Shown in pieces: positions 51,929 through 60,408 of a stretch of DNA of 64,000 nucleotides. The stretch is from Naegleria gruberi (lineage: Eukaryota), in NCBI GenBank assembly GCA_000004985.1, contig GG738855.1. One strand, written 5' to 3'. The notes beneath the pieces were generated by a model that made no database searches, was not told the origin of the DNA, and was given only the letters and a program-made list of their open reading frames with translations. Position 1 is the stretch's first letter, and the number at the start of each line of letters is the position of its first letter. The translations under genes were made by a program, and so were the position numbers.

Positions 51929-54289
51929 TTAAAGGAAGAATGGGTTATTACGAAGTTTTGTTGATGGGTATTCTTGTGTCAAGTCAACTGATTCAATTGA
52001 TTTTTTGGCGTAGAGTAAACATGCTGGCATTCTTACAGAACCATTCCAATTATAGTAGAGATGTGTTTGTCTGAAAGTAATTTTGATAATCTCATCAACT
52101 GAGAACATGGTATTGTTGAACAAAACTTGGTATCTGACTGGTTTGCTGTATCCAATATTACTATTAATAAAGCACGAGTTCATGTAAAATTCTTGAGTTT
52201 GGTATCTTGACATACTGGTAACAACAGTACCAATTGGTGGATTCTGATTATCCATATTAAATCTGGCATTAGAGTCCTTGTTTACACTAACCAGGCAAAC
52301 TTTGGTATATTCCATTTCAGCTTCAAGACAAAAGTCATGAATAAGTTGAGAAATATCAATACAATCATGTCCACTATTGTACAAAATCAAAGCACTAGGC
52401 ATTCCTCCACTGTTTCTATTACGAAAAGCTTGCAAGGCCTCCTTAATACTTGACAATAACTTGTTACGAATGTTTGTTTCATCACTCTCTCTGAAGGGAA
52501 CTGTATAATACAGAGTAGTACTAGTATTTAGTGAGAGTGAAATGGAGCCTTTAAAGTTTCTTCCCTTTCTCTGAATATCAATACCACAAACTGATACAAA
52601 CTCTTGATAGGATCTTTCGACAGACCAAATAAGACCACCAATCTTGGCTGACATTTGTATCAAACAATTAGGAAGTCTCTTAAACCAATCTCCATTACAA
52701 ACAATACATTGTGAAGGAATACCAACAGTACAATTGTAAAACTGTTTCAATGCACTGTAAATATGCTTATTTTCATTAGCCATGAGGAAAAAGACATAGT
52801 CCAGGTCATTCCAATTTTTGTAACCTTCAATATCATGCATAAAATCTCTACCACGATCATCCAAATCAAATACAAGAGGCTTTCCCAAATCGTACCTTCT
52901 AATGGCATCCATAAATCCTTTAACAAGGAATTGTGGTGATACAAGCGCCCAATTTTTTCCTTGCAAACTGTTAATGACAGTATCCATAGAAACAGTCCAT
53001 TTGTCATTTTTCATGCCTTCAATTCCAGAGACTTGTGGTTGTGGAACAACAGTAAAGCTAGTTTCAAGTGCTCTGTCGATTTGCAATCCAACCGAATCAA
53101 GGAATTGTCTTGACTCTCCACTATTCATTTTGTTAGAAATTCTGGTTATGTAGTCTTCCTTTTGTGTAACTGATTTCTTTGGAATTTTCCTCAAATCCTT
53201 CTTGTTAATACCAGAAATGTAACAAAGTTCTGGAATCAGATAGTTAACTTGTTTTTTCTGATTTCTCATCTTGACCATAACACAAATCAAAGGCTGATTC
53301 TTATCTCTAACATTGATATTGTATCTTTCCTTATAGTATTCAAAGTAAGGAACATCTTTTCCATCTTTTTTAAAGGTCGATGAAGGTGTTTGGTTGAAAT
53401 CAATATCCTTAATGACAAATGATCTATTATTGTAGACGATACTGAGACCCTTATATCTTTCTGCTATGGATAAATAGTTATCTCTTTGCATATCATTCTT
53501 CAAATCTTCAATCATGGAATATCTGCTAGTGATCTTTTGTTTGAATGTTAAGGAGAGACACAAACCACTTCCAAGGAAGGCTAAAGCAGGAATAACACCA
53601 TCTCTCACAGAGTATCTATCAACGATAGCGCCTTCTTTTTCAACTTCAGCAAATCCCAATCTATCCATCTTTAAGTATTTAAAAACCTTGGTCAGACAAA
53701 ATGAAATAGCCTGTTCTAATCTAGTATCTTGAATATTATTGTTAATGGAAACTTCAGTCTTTCCTTCAATTTTCACTAAGAATGGAATCTTGACACCATT
53801 CTTTTCGTATGGCATAACAATTTCTAAGGATGGAACCTTCTCAACAGAAACAATTAATGAGCCATCAAACATTGGCAATCCAGGAATTTGTGAGGTCCAA
53901 TTATAAGTCTTTTTTATCATGAAAAACAACTTGAATTTGAATGGAACTATATTCAACATGGATTCAGCCCATCTCTTACTTTCTTCTGGAATTTCAGCCC
54001 ATTCGGTTGTTTTGGATGCACAAGTCACAGAAAATGATGATAATTCGAAAATTCTATTCGGAAGCATTCTGATTGGAAAGAAGTTTGTTTTAATTCTATC
54101 GGATGATGTTCTTTGCCCTCCGTGGCCTCCTTGATAGCCTCCTCCACGACCACCAAAGCCTCCATGTCCTCCTTGATAACCTCCTCCACGGTGGTGACCA
54201 CCACCCTGGTGATGTGATGGTCTTCCAGAGTTGTCCTCCTTGAAACGTTTGTTATAGTCTTGATTTCCTTCGAAGCCTCTCTTGCTCAT
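51929..54289 (-). CDS. Argonaute/PIWI-family protein with an N-terminal RGG/GGH-repeat region
   Basis: RGG box (GGGHHRGGGYQGGHGGFGGRGGGYQGG). PAZ-like YLIPELCYISG. PIWI motifs (VCGIDIQRKG; ALILYNSGHD; SVRMPACLLYAKKS, compare SIPAPAYYAHLVA). ATG at 54289; the track start is TTG. Confidence 0.85.
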   Translation of the reverse strand: MSKRGFEGNQDYNKRFKEDNSGRPSHHQGGGHHRGGGYQGGHGGFGGRGGGYQGGHGGQRTSSDRIKTNFFPIRMLPNRIFELSSFSVTCASKTTEWAEIPEESKRWAESMLNIVPFKFKLFFMIKKTYNWTSQIPGLPMFDGSLIVSVEKVPSLEIVMPYEKNGVKIPFLVKIEGKTEVSINNNIQDTRLEQAISFCLTKVFKYLKMDRLGFAEVEKEGAIVDRYSVRDGVIPALAFLGSGLCLSLTFKQKITSRYSMIEDLKNDMQRDNYLSIAERYKGLSIVYNNRSFVIKDIDFNQTPSSTFKKDGKDVPYFEYYKERYNINVRDKNQPLICVMVKMRNQKKQVNYLIPELCYISGINKKDLRKIPKKSVTQKEDYITRISNKMNSGESRQFLDSVGLQIDRALETSFTVVPQPQVSGIEGMKNDKWTVSMDTVINSLQGKNWALVSPQFLVKGFMDAIRRYDLGKPLVFDLDDRGRDFMHDIEGYKNWNDLDYVFFLMANENKHIYSALKQFYNCTVGIPSQCIVCNGDWFKRLPNCLIQMSAKIGGLIWSVERSYQEFVSVCGIDIQRKGRNFKGSISLSLNTSTTLYYTVPFRESDETNIRNKLLSSIKEALQAFRNRNSGGMPSALILYNSGHDCIDISQLIHDFCLEAEMEYTKVCLVSVNKDSNARFNMDNQNPPIGTVVTSMSRYQTQEFYMNSCFINSNIGYSKPVRYQVLFNNTMFSVDEIIKITFRQTHLYYNWNGSVRMPACLLYAKKSIESVDLTQEYPSTKLRNNPFFL

Positions 54290-54789
54290 TTCGTGTGTGG
54301 CTTTGTGATTTGTGTTGGTCGAAGGAAAAACTGGCAATATGTTGTTTGCTTATTTTTTTGATTAACTGAAGAGAAATTGAATGATTGAAAAAGGCTGGAA
54401 AGTTTGTTCAAAATATTTGTTTCTAAACAAAAGGCTTCTTGTTCAAAGTCAAGAAATTATGTTTAACTCAAATCTCAAACATGATACATCAGCTGGAGTA
54501 CAGTTTATAGTGATTAATTAAAGCTGGCATTTAGTGAGGTATCTCAACAATTATTCATTATTGTAAAGAAAGCTAAAAACATAAAAGTATCTCCCATTGA
54601 TGATGGGTTACAATTACCTTGTTGTTAAAAGTTCAGATCTTCCAAACACTTTCAAAGTATTCTTTCAGATGAATGATTCTTCCAACATGAGCACAACCCA
54701 TTAAATAAGTTGAGAGAATTCATGAGACCTTCATGATTTTATCTTTCTGGGTTCAATTCACAACATGGGAGAATTATTTTGCTTTTATC

Positions 54790-54905
54790 AACTACGGCCA
54801 TATCACGATGAATGCATCTCATCCCGTCCGATTTGAGAAGCATCGTCGAGCCACATCAGTACTGAGGTTGGAGACAACTTGGGAACCTGTGGTGCTGTAG
54901 TCTTT
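54790..54905 (+). rRNA. 5S ribosomal RNA gene
   Basis: Matches universal 5S elements (ACGGCCATATCAC, GAATGCATCTCATCCCGTCCGATTTGAGAAG loop C, AGTACTGAGGTTGGAGAC, TTGGGAACC, GGTGCTGTAG). Ends pair as helix I (AACTACGGC / GCTGTAGT). Followed by a T6 Pol III terminator (TCTTTGTTTTTT). Ends are approximate to a few nt. Confidence 0.85.
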
Positions 54906-54987
54906 GTTTTTTCACAATATTTACGAACATTTTGACATACTATCATTAAAGGAAACGCGCATTGCTGTGCAAAAGAAAAAAGGTAAT

Positions 54988-55060
54988 CTCCCCCTGGTGG
55001 GCTCGAACCACCGACCTGCAGATTAACAGTCTGACGCTCTACCGACTGAGCTAAGGGGGA
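54988..55060 (-). tRNA. tRNA-Asn (anticodon GTT)
   Basis: Reverse complement gives TCCCCCTTAGCTCAGTCGGTAGAGCGTCAGACTGTTAATCTGCAGGTCGGTGGTTCGAGCCCACCAGGGGGAG. It has a 7-bp acceptor stem, D-arm GCTCAGTCGGTAGAGC, anticodon loop CTGTTAA, T-arm GGTGGTTCGAGCCCACC, and a T6 terminator 4 nt downstream on the minus strand. Confidence 0.9.
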
Positions 55061-55064
55061 TTAC

Positions 55065-55113
55065 GAACATTTTTCCATTGTAAAAAGAACATTTTTCCAT
55101 TGTAAAAAGAACA
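55065..55113. repeat. 22-bp tandem direct repeat (about 2.2 copies) in the tRNA 5' flank
   Basis: GAACATTTTTCCATTGTAAAAA is repeated exactly at 55065..55086 and 55087..55108, then a partial GAACA. Confidence 0.8.
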
Positions 55114-55269
55114 ATCGTTTATTGAAATCAATTTTTAATTTTGTGCTGAGTTCTTTCACTAATAATCATTGATTCAGTCTAAAAAACATTAGAAACAATT
55201 AATCATATGAGAATAAAGGTAATAGAATATCAAATTACAAGATTAAAAACAATTCATTAAACAAAAAAA

Positions 55270-56505
55270 ATGGAAAATCAAATCGAACCAATTTCTCTCA
55301 TTCTTTCCGATTCTCCCTCATCAACACTTCTCAAACAACATTTTCACTCACAAACTCGATCCCTCCTCCAAAGATACAATCAAAACCGTAAATATCTCAA
55401 ACAAGTAAAAGACAGTGCTGGTCGATGTTTAGAATTCTTTCCCGGAACAATCAAATCAAGAGAATTAGCAATCTATGGTCTTTCTCAGTGTGGTAGTTAT
55501 TTGAGTAAATGTTCCGAGGTGTTGAGGAATGATGAATTGGTTGTCTCGATTGCTGTTCGACAGGATGGTCTCTCACTCCAATTTGCCAGTGATTTATTGA
55601 GGAGTAGGAGGGAGATTGTTATGCAAGCTGTTCAACAGAATGGAATGGCATTGAAGTATGTTGAAAAGAAATCGGAAATGTTGAAGGAGAGGGAAATTGT
55701 TATGAAAGCCATTCTCACTACTCCGATGGTGTTGATGGAATTTAATGAAAAGGATTTGATTTCTGATAGGGAAATGGCATTGACTCTCATCAGACAAAAT
55801 CCTACAATATTCAAATTTCTGAATAGTCAATTAAAATCAGAGAGGGATATACAATTGGAAATTCTATCATTGGATGGGAAATATTTGGAATTTTTCAATG
55901 AGGACATGTTATTGTGTAGTGATAGGAAATTGGCATTCCTTGCTGCAAGAAATAGTAAATTGGCTTATCCTTTCATTGAGAAATCACTGAGGGATGAAAT
56001 TGCTTTGGAAAAGGGTGATTTGACATTTGTGGAGAAGGTTTCAAGAATTCAAATAGGAGAGTATGCTCTCCTGACAAGCAATCAAATTCCATGTCAGATT
56101 GAAAGTATTGAAAAGGATTATAGTTCATCAAAGTGTGGGCCTTCATTCAAAATTAATATTTCAGGAAGAGCTCTATTTGCTCAATTAACTATTAATAATT
56201 CAAATCCAATACATATGACCTATTTTGCCAGTGTCAGTAATTTATCTGCACTGGTGTGCCCTTTCGTTTACAGAATCAAGTGTCAACTAATTGGAATTTC
56301 AGAAAATGAGACCCTTCTAATGAATATAATTTCAAGTGATTCAAATGCAAAGCTCTCACAATTTCACAAAAATCTCCTACCTGACTCAATTATTAATTGT
56401 TTAACAGACTCAAACACAATTTTAGAAATTATTCAAGTAATGGGTGAGCAAAAGATTGTGAGCATTACTCAAAACAATATCACCACATTACTTTCATATC
56501 AGTAA
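55270..56505 (+). CDS. DUF4116-type repeat protein (hypothetical)
   Basis: Tandem ~35-aa repeats of the form ELVVSIAVRQDGLSLQFASDLLRSRREIVMQAVQQNGMALKYV / EMLKEREIVMKAIL… characteristic of the DUF4116 family. Confidence 0.5.
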   Translation: MENQIEPISLILSDSPSSTLLKQHFHSQTRSLLQRYNQNRKYLKQVKDSAGRCLEFFPGTIKSRELAIYGLSQCGSYLSKCSEVLRNDELVVSIAVRQDGLSLQFASDLLRSRREIVMQAVQQNGMALKYVEKKSEMLKEREIVMKAILTTPMVLMEFNEKDLISDREMALTLIRQNPTIFKFLNSQLKSERDIQLEILSLDGKYLEFFNEDMLLCSDRKLAFLAARNSKLAYPFIEKSLRDEIALEKGDLTFVEKVSRIQIGEYALLTSNQIPCQIESIEKDYSSSKCGPSFKINISGRALFAQLTINNSNPIHMTYFASVSNLSALVCPFVYRIKCQLIGISENETLLMNIISSDSNAKLSQFHKNLLPDSIINCLTDSNTILEIIQVMGEQKIVSITQNNITTLLSYQ

Positions 56506-56655
56506 CATTATTAATTTGGAAAGTTGGCTGTTTTATTCAAATATGGAAACTGGATAGCTCTTCACCACACATTGATAAGGAGATATCCAGCAACACCCAC
56601 ACAATTTAGTGATAATATTCAACTCTACTGTTTCCCTATACACTCACAACACATC

Positions 56656-56662
56656 TATAAAA
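56656..56662 (+). promoter_or_regulatory. Candidate TATA box (TATAAAA) about 40 bp upstream of the RCC1-gene ATG
   Basis: The only canonical TATAAAA in the 197-bp spacer, at a typical distance from the first ATG (56702). Confidence 0.3.
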
Positions 56663-56701
56663 ATTGGCTCTACAAAACAAACAGATATCACAACCCAGGG
56701 A

Positions 56702-58129
56702 ATGGAAAGCATCATGAACAAACAATTACTTGTCTCTGGATTTAATTTATTTCATCAGATTGACTTTTCAGATTCAACAAGAAGATTTGGCTTTGAGAAT
56801 TTCTCACCACTCAAAAAGAATGAATTGTCATCATCTCCCTCCATGGCAATGACACTCAATAATAGTCGTTCGAGTTTAATGTCAATGATGTATGGGGAGA
56901 ATATTGTAAATGCTTGTGGAAGTTTATTTTACAACATGTATTTGACTAATTTTGGAAGATTGTTTGTGTTGGGGAATTTTCATATAACTGATCATGAATA
57001 TGTAGAGTTTCAGAAAGAATCGAATAATGGCTTCTTTTTGGATGATAGTGCTAGAGATTTTGATAATAGAATGATTGTTGCTACCACTAGTTATAAGAGA
57101 TTTTACGAGTTGTCCAATCATTCATCACTAATTGATTCAAAGATAGTACAGATGGCATGTGGAAGAGATTTCTCACTCCTCCTCACACAAGAAGGCACAG
57201 TTCTTGCCTTTGGAAATAATATGAATAATCAATGTGCATTTCCACTGTCGAAAACATTAAGTGGAAGGGCCTATTTTCCAAATCAAATTCAATCTCCTGT
57301 TCAGGTACTCTCTAGAGCTGTTTCTGTTTCATGTGGACAGAAACATTCAATTGTATTGATGAATGATAGAAAGACACTTATTACTTTTGGAGATAATAGT
57401 TATGGACAGTTGGGAATTGGTCATTTGGATTCAGATCCAGACCGACATTTCATTTCGTTGGGAGAATATATGGATAGTGATGATTATATTGAAAAGATTG
57501 AATGTGGTGGATTTCATAACATTGTGCTAACAAGGAAAGGAACAGTCATTCTATTTGGTAGAGGTATAGAAGGTCAATTGGGATTGAAACATTCAAGTTC
57601 AATAAGTAAGCCAACCATTCTCAACACGTTCAGAGAAAACAATCTAAAGGTCAAATCTGTAGCTTGTGGAGAAATGCATACATTGTTTCTAACCTATTGT
57701 GGACAAGTGTTTGCCTGTGGAAGTAATTATAAGGGAGAGTTGGGACTTGGAAAGCACAACTCACTTGTTCAACATGTGACAGAGCCAACCAAGATTAATT
57801 TTGAAAAGAGCATAGAGACAATAAGCTGTGGATCGTGTCATTCATTAGCAGTGAGTCGAGATGGGAGCCATTTTGCATTTGGCCAGAATCAAGAAGGTCA
57901 ACTCGCCATGAAGGGAGGCAATAGATTTGAGTTTCTTCCCAAGAATATTTCCATTGAATCGACGGAACATCTTTCAACATCTTCCTTATTTTCTAATAGC
58001 TCTTGTTTTTGTTCATTCTTGGTTAGAGGAACAGCCAATACACGGTTGACAGAGTTTTTCACCAAGTTGACAACTTCACTTAATTCACACAAAGCCTTTG
58101 CAGATTGCACCTTTACTTTTGAAGAATAA
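56702..58129 (+). CDS. RCC1-repeat (regulator of chromosome condensation-like) beta-propeller protein
   Basis: At least five RCC1-type repeats (VQMACGRDFSLLLTQEGTVLAFGNNMNNQ; VSCGQKHSIVLMNDRKTLITFGDNSYGQLGIGH; ECGGFHNIVLTRKGTVILFGRGIEGQLGL; VACGEMHTLFLTYCGQVFACGSNYKGELGLG; ISCGSCHSLAVSRDGSHFAFGQNQEGQL). ATG at 56702; the track start at 56609 is GTG. Confidence 0.8.
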   Translation: MESIMNKQLLVSGFNLFHQIDFSDSTRRFGFENFSPLKKNELSSSPSMAMTLNNSRSSLMSMMYGENIVNACGSLFYNMYLTNFGRLFVLGNFHITDHEYVEFQKESNNGFFLDDSARDFDNRMIVATTSYKRFYELSNHSSLIDSKIVQMACGRDFSLLLTQEGTVLAFGNNMNNQCAFPLSKTLSGRAYFPNQIQSPVQVLSRAVSVSCGQKHSIVLMNDRKTLITFGDNSYGQLGIGHLDSDPDRHFISLGEYMDSDDYIEKIECGGFHNIVLTRKGTVILFGRGIEGQLGLKHSSSISKPTILNTFRENNLKVKSVACGEMHTLFLTYCGQVFACGSNYKGELGLGKHNSLVQHVTEPTKINFEKSIETISCGSCHSLAVSRDGSHFAFGQNQEGQLAMKGGNRFEFLPKNISIESTEHLSTSSLFSNSSCFCSFLVRGTANTRLTEFFTKLTTSLNSHKAFADCTFTFEE

Positions 58130-58291
58130 AATTATTAACATTTGAATATATTTGAAATTTTACAAAATATGTTCACTGAAGAACGTTTTTTAATCAATAA
58201 ATTACTTTTAGGGAAGAATTAATACAAAAGAAAGGTAAAACTCAACACAATAAATGTGTTACTTGCTTGACGAAATGAAAACTTGGATGGT

Positions 58292-59560
58292 TTAAACAAA
58301 GTTTTGGAAGACTTGGGATCTACGAGCAATAGATGGACCCATTTCATCATATTGAGCCTTGGTATAACAGACTCTCTTGAATTCGTTCATAGTACCCAAC
58401 ATGGAACCACCAAACCAAACAGCAAAACGTTGGTGATTGTGAGCAATAACGTTACATTCCAAAGGACTTGGCTTTGGCTTACCACTTGAAGTCATGGAAA
58501 CAGCTCTTTCATAACGTTCATCCAATTTCTTCTTCATGTCACGTTGTAAACGTCTATCAAAGTGTTCAAACATTGTTGAACCACCAGAAAGGACAATATT
58601 CTTGTACAAAGCTCTACGAGCATCAATTGGTGATGAGAGAATACATTGATCAACAACGTCTGGGAGTGGAGTGCTGAAAGTTTCAGTGAAAATTTCTGGA
58701 TTGAAAAAGACTTCTGGAGCCAAGAATCTTTCATAGGCAACATCAATTTCCCATTTACCAGATCTCTTATTTTCTTGAGAGTACTTGAGAATATTTTCTG
58801 CTGGATTTTGGTCAAATTTACCAAATTCCTTTGCCAAATCGGAACAGACATAACAATACTTTTCCTTGATCTTTTGGACAGCCAATTTGATATCTTCAGA
58901 TGGCATATTCTTTTCACGATCCATAACGAAACGCATCAAGAATTCAGTGACATCTCTACCAGCCAATGGGATGTGTTTAATACTAGAACCAATGACATAA
59001 CCTTCAACAACAGGAATGACGTGAGTAACACCATCACCAGAGTCAATAACAGTACCAGACAATGTACCACCCAAACCAAGCTTTTTAGATTTGGATGATG
59101 TCCAAGAAGCACACAAAGCCAAAACAGCTTGGACAGCAATGTACAAACCAGAAACGTTGAATGTTTCGAACATAATTTCAGCTGTTTGTTCACGATTTTC
59201 TGGTGGATTGAGTGGAGGTTCAGTCAACATCAAGTAGTGATCCTCAGGTTCACATTTCAAATAGTTAAAGAAGCATTGTTCCCACAACATTTCCATCTTG
59301 CTCCAATCTTCAATAAGACCGTGTCTCATTGGATATACCAAATCATAGTTTCCACCAGTTTTTTCTTGTGCTTCATAACCAATGTAGAAATCGAGATCTT
59401 CCAAACCCTTTTCTGCTGATTTTGGATTGTGTGAAATACAGGTTGGAATGATATAGTTTGGTTCACTGTTACCAGCATAACCCATCTTGGTAAAACCAGT
59501 ACCATTGTCAATAACAAGGACTGGATTGTTTCTAGCAATAACGTCGTTGGAATAACTCAT
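58292..59560 (-). CDS. ARP3: Actin-related protein 3 (Arp2/3 complex subunit)
   Basis: End-to-end Arp3 similarity: VIDNGTGFTKMGYAGNSEPNYIIPTCI, EPEDHYLMLTEPPLNPPENREQTAEIMFETFNVSGLYIAVQAVLAL, VIDSGDGVTHVIPVVEGYVIGSSIKHIPLAGRD, IVLSGGSTMF, AVWFGGSML. 422 aa, single exon. Confidence 0.95.
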   Translation of the reverse strand: MSYSNDVIARNNPVLVIDNGTGFTKMGYAGNSEPNYIIPTCISHNPKSAEKGLEDLDFYIGYEAQEKTGGNYDLVYPMRHGLIEDWSKMEMLWEQCFFNYLKCEPEDHYLMLTEPPLNPPENREQTAEIMFETFNVSGLYIAVQAVLALCASWTSSKSKKLGLGGTLSGTVIDSGDGVTHVIPVVEGYVIGSSIKHIPLAGRDVTEFLMRFVMDREKNMPSEDIKLAVQKIKEKYCYVCSDLAKEFGKFDQNPAENILKYSQENKRSGKWEIDVAYERFLAPEVFFNPEIFTETFSTPLPDVVDQCILSSPIDARRALYKNIVLSGGSTMFEHFDRRLQRDMKKKLDERYERAVSMTSSGKPKPSPLECNVIAHNHQRFAVWFGGSMLGTMNEFKRVCYTKAQYDEMGPSIARRSQVFQNFV

Positions 59561-60408
59561 CTTGTGTATCTGTGTTTGTGTTTTAAAATCACATTAGAAC
59601 ACAAAAAGATTTTTGTTGTTGTTGTTGGTCATTAAGATTGATGGATGGTTATTAATAACAATATAAACCATTCAAAGTGTTTAGAGAGGATATACACAAT
59701 AATAGCAATGTTACCATCATCAATTTGAAGGCAGAGTAGATTTGTTGATGATTGATGGATACATAGTATATATATTGTTATTGTTAAGCAAGGCAACAAG
59801 AAAGTTGATAACCATCAATACCGGATCAGTAGATTGCATCAATAGGATGATCATTGTCCAAACAATACCAAAAAGCACCAAATGATCATCATCATTACCA
59901 TCATATATTATCAAATATGTTATTATTGTTGTTGTAAGATGTTATTATTCATCATTATTATACATTGTTGTTGTTATATATTTAATACCATCAATCATTA
60001 CATTGTTCGATACATCATCATTATCATTATGATTAATATTATATTATTAGACAAATGATTTTTTAAATAAAAAACGTACAATCAACAGTCAGCACGGGAT
60101 GGAAGAGTGGACGTATTTTTTTTGTTGATGACTTGTGTTACAACACTCGGCTGATAGATGGGCGTGTTTAACTGTCAGCAGCATGTGAAAATCTGTTAAT
60201 CTGTCTCGATGATTGGTGATGAGAGTGTTGGTGAAAAGAGAATATTATTGATTTAAAATGTTCGATGATTTGGTTTTGCAATGGTATTATGATTATGTGA
60301 GGTATGAAGGAGGATCCACGATTGAATGTGTGATCATGTGTTGTAATAATTTATTTTTAAAGATATTTAAGGATCATGTGGGGATTTCAGTAAAAAAATT
60401 AATCCATG

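Noticed and set aside
56524-56745. ORF 56524..56745 and the GTG-initiated start at 56609 for the RCC1 gene
   Set aside because: The track uses GTG/TTG starts. The first ATG (56702) is preceded by a TATAAAA ~40 bp upstream and begins the conserved region. The 56524 ORF is in another frame within the promoter.
60090-60240. Assigning the GC-richer island to a specific snRNA (U1/U2/U4/U5/U6) or SRP/RNase P RNA
   Set aside because: None of the invariant snRNA sequences (ACAGAGA/AGC of U6, GCTTCTCGGCC of U2, ACTTACCTG of U1, loop 1 of U5) could be found on either strand by eye. It is left as an unclassified candidate.
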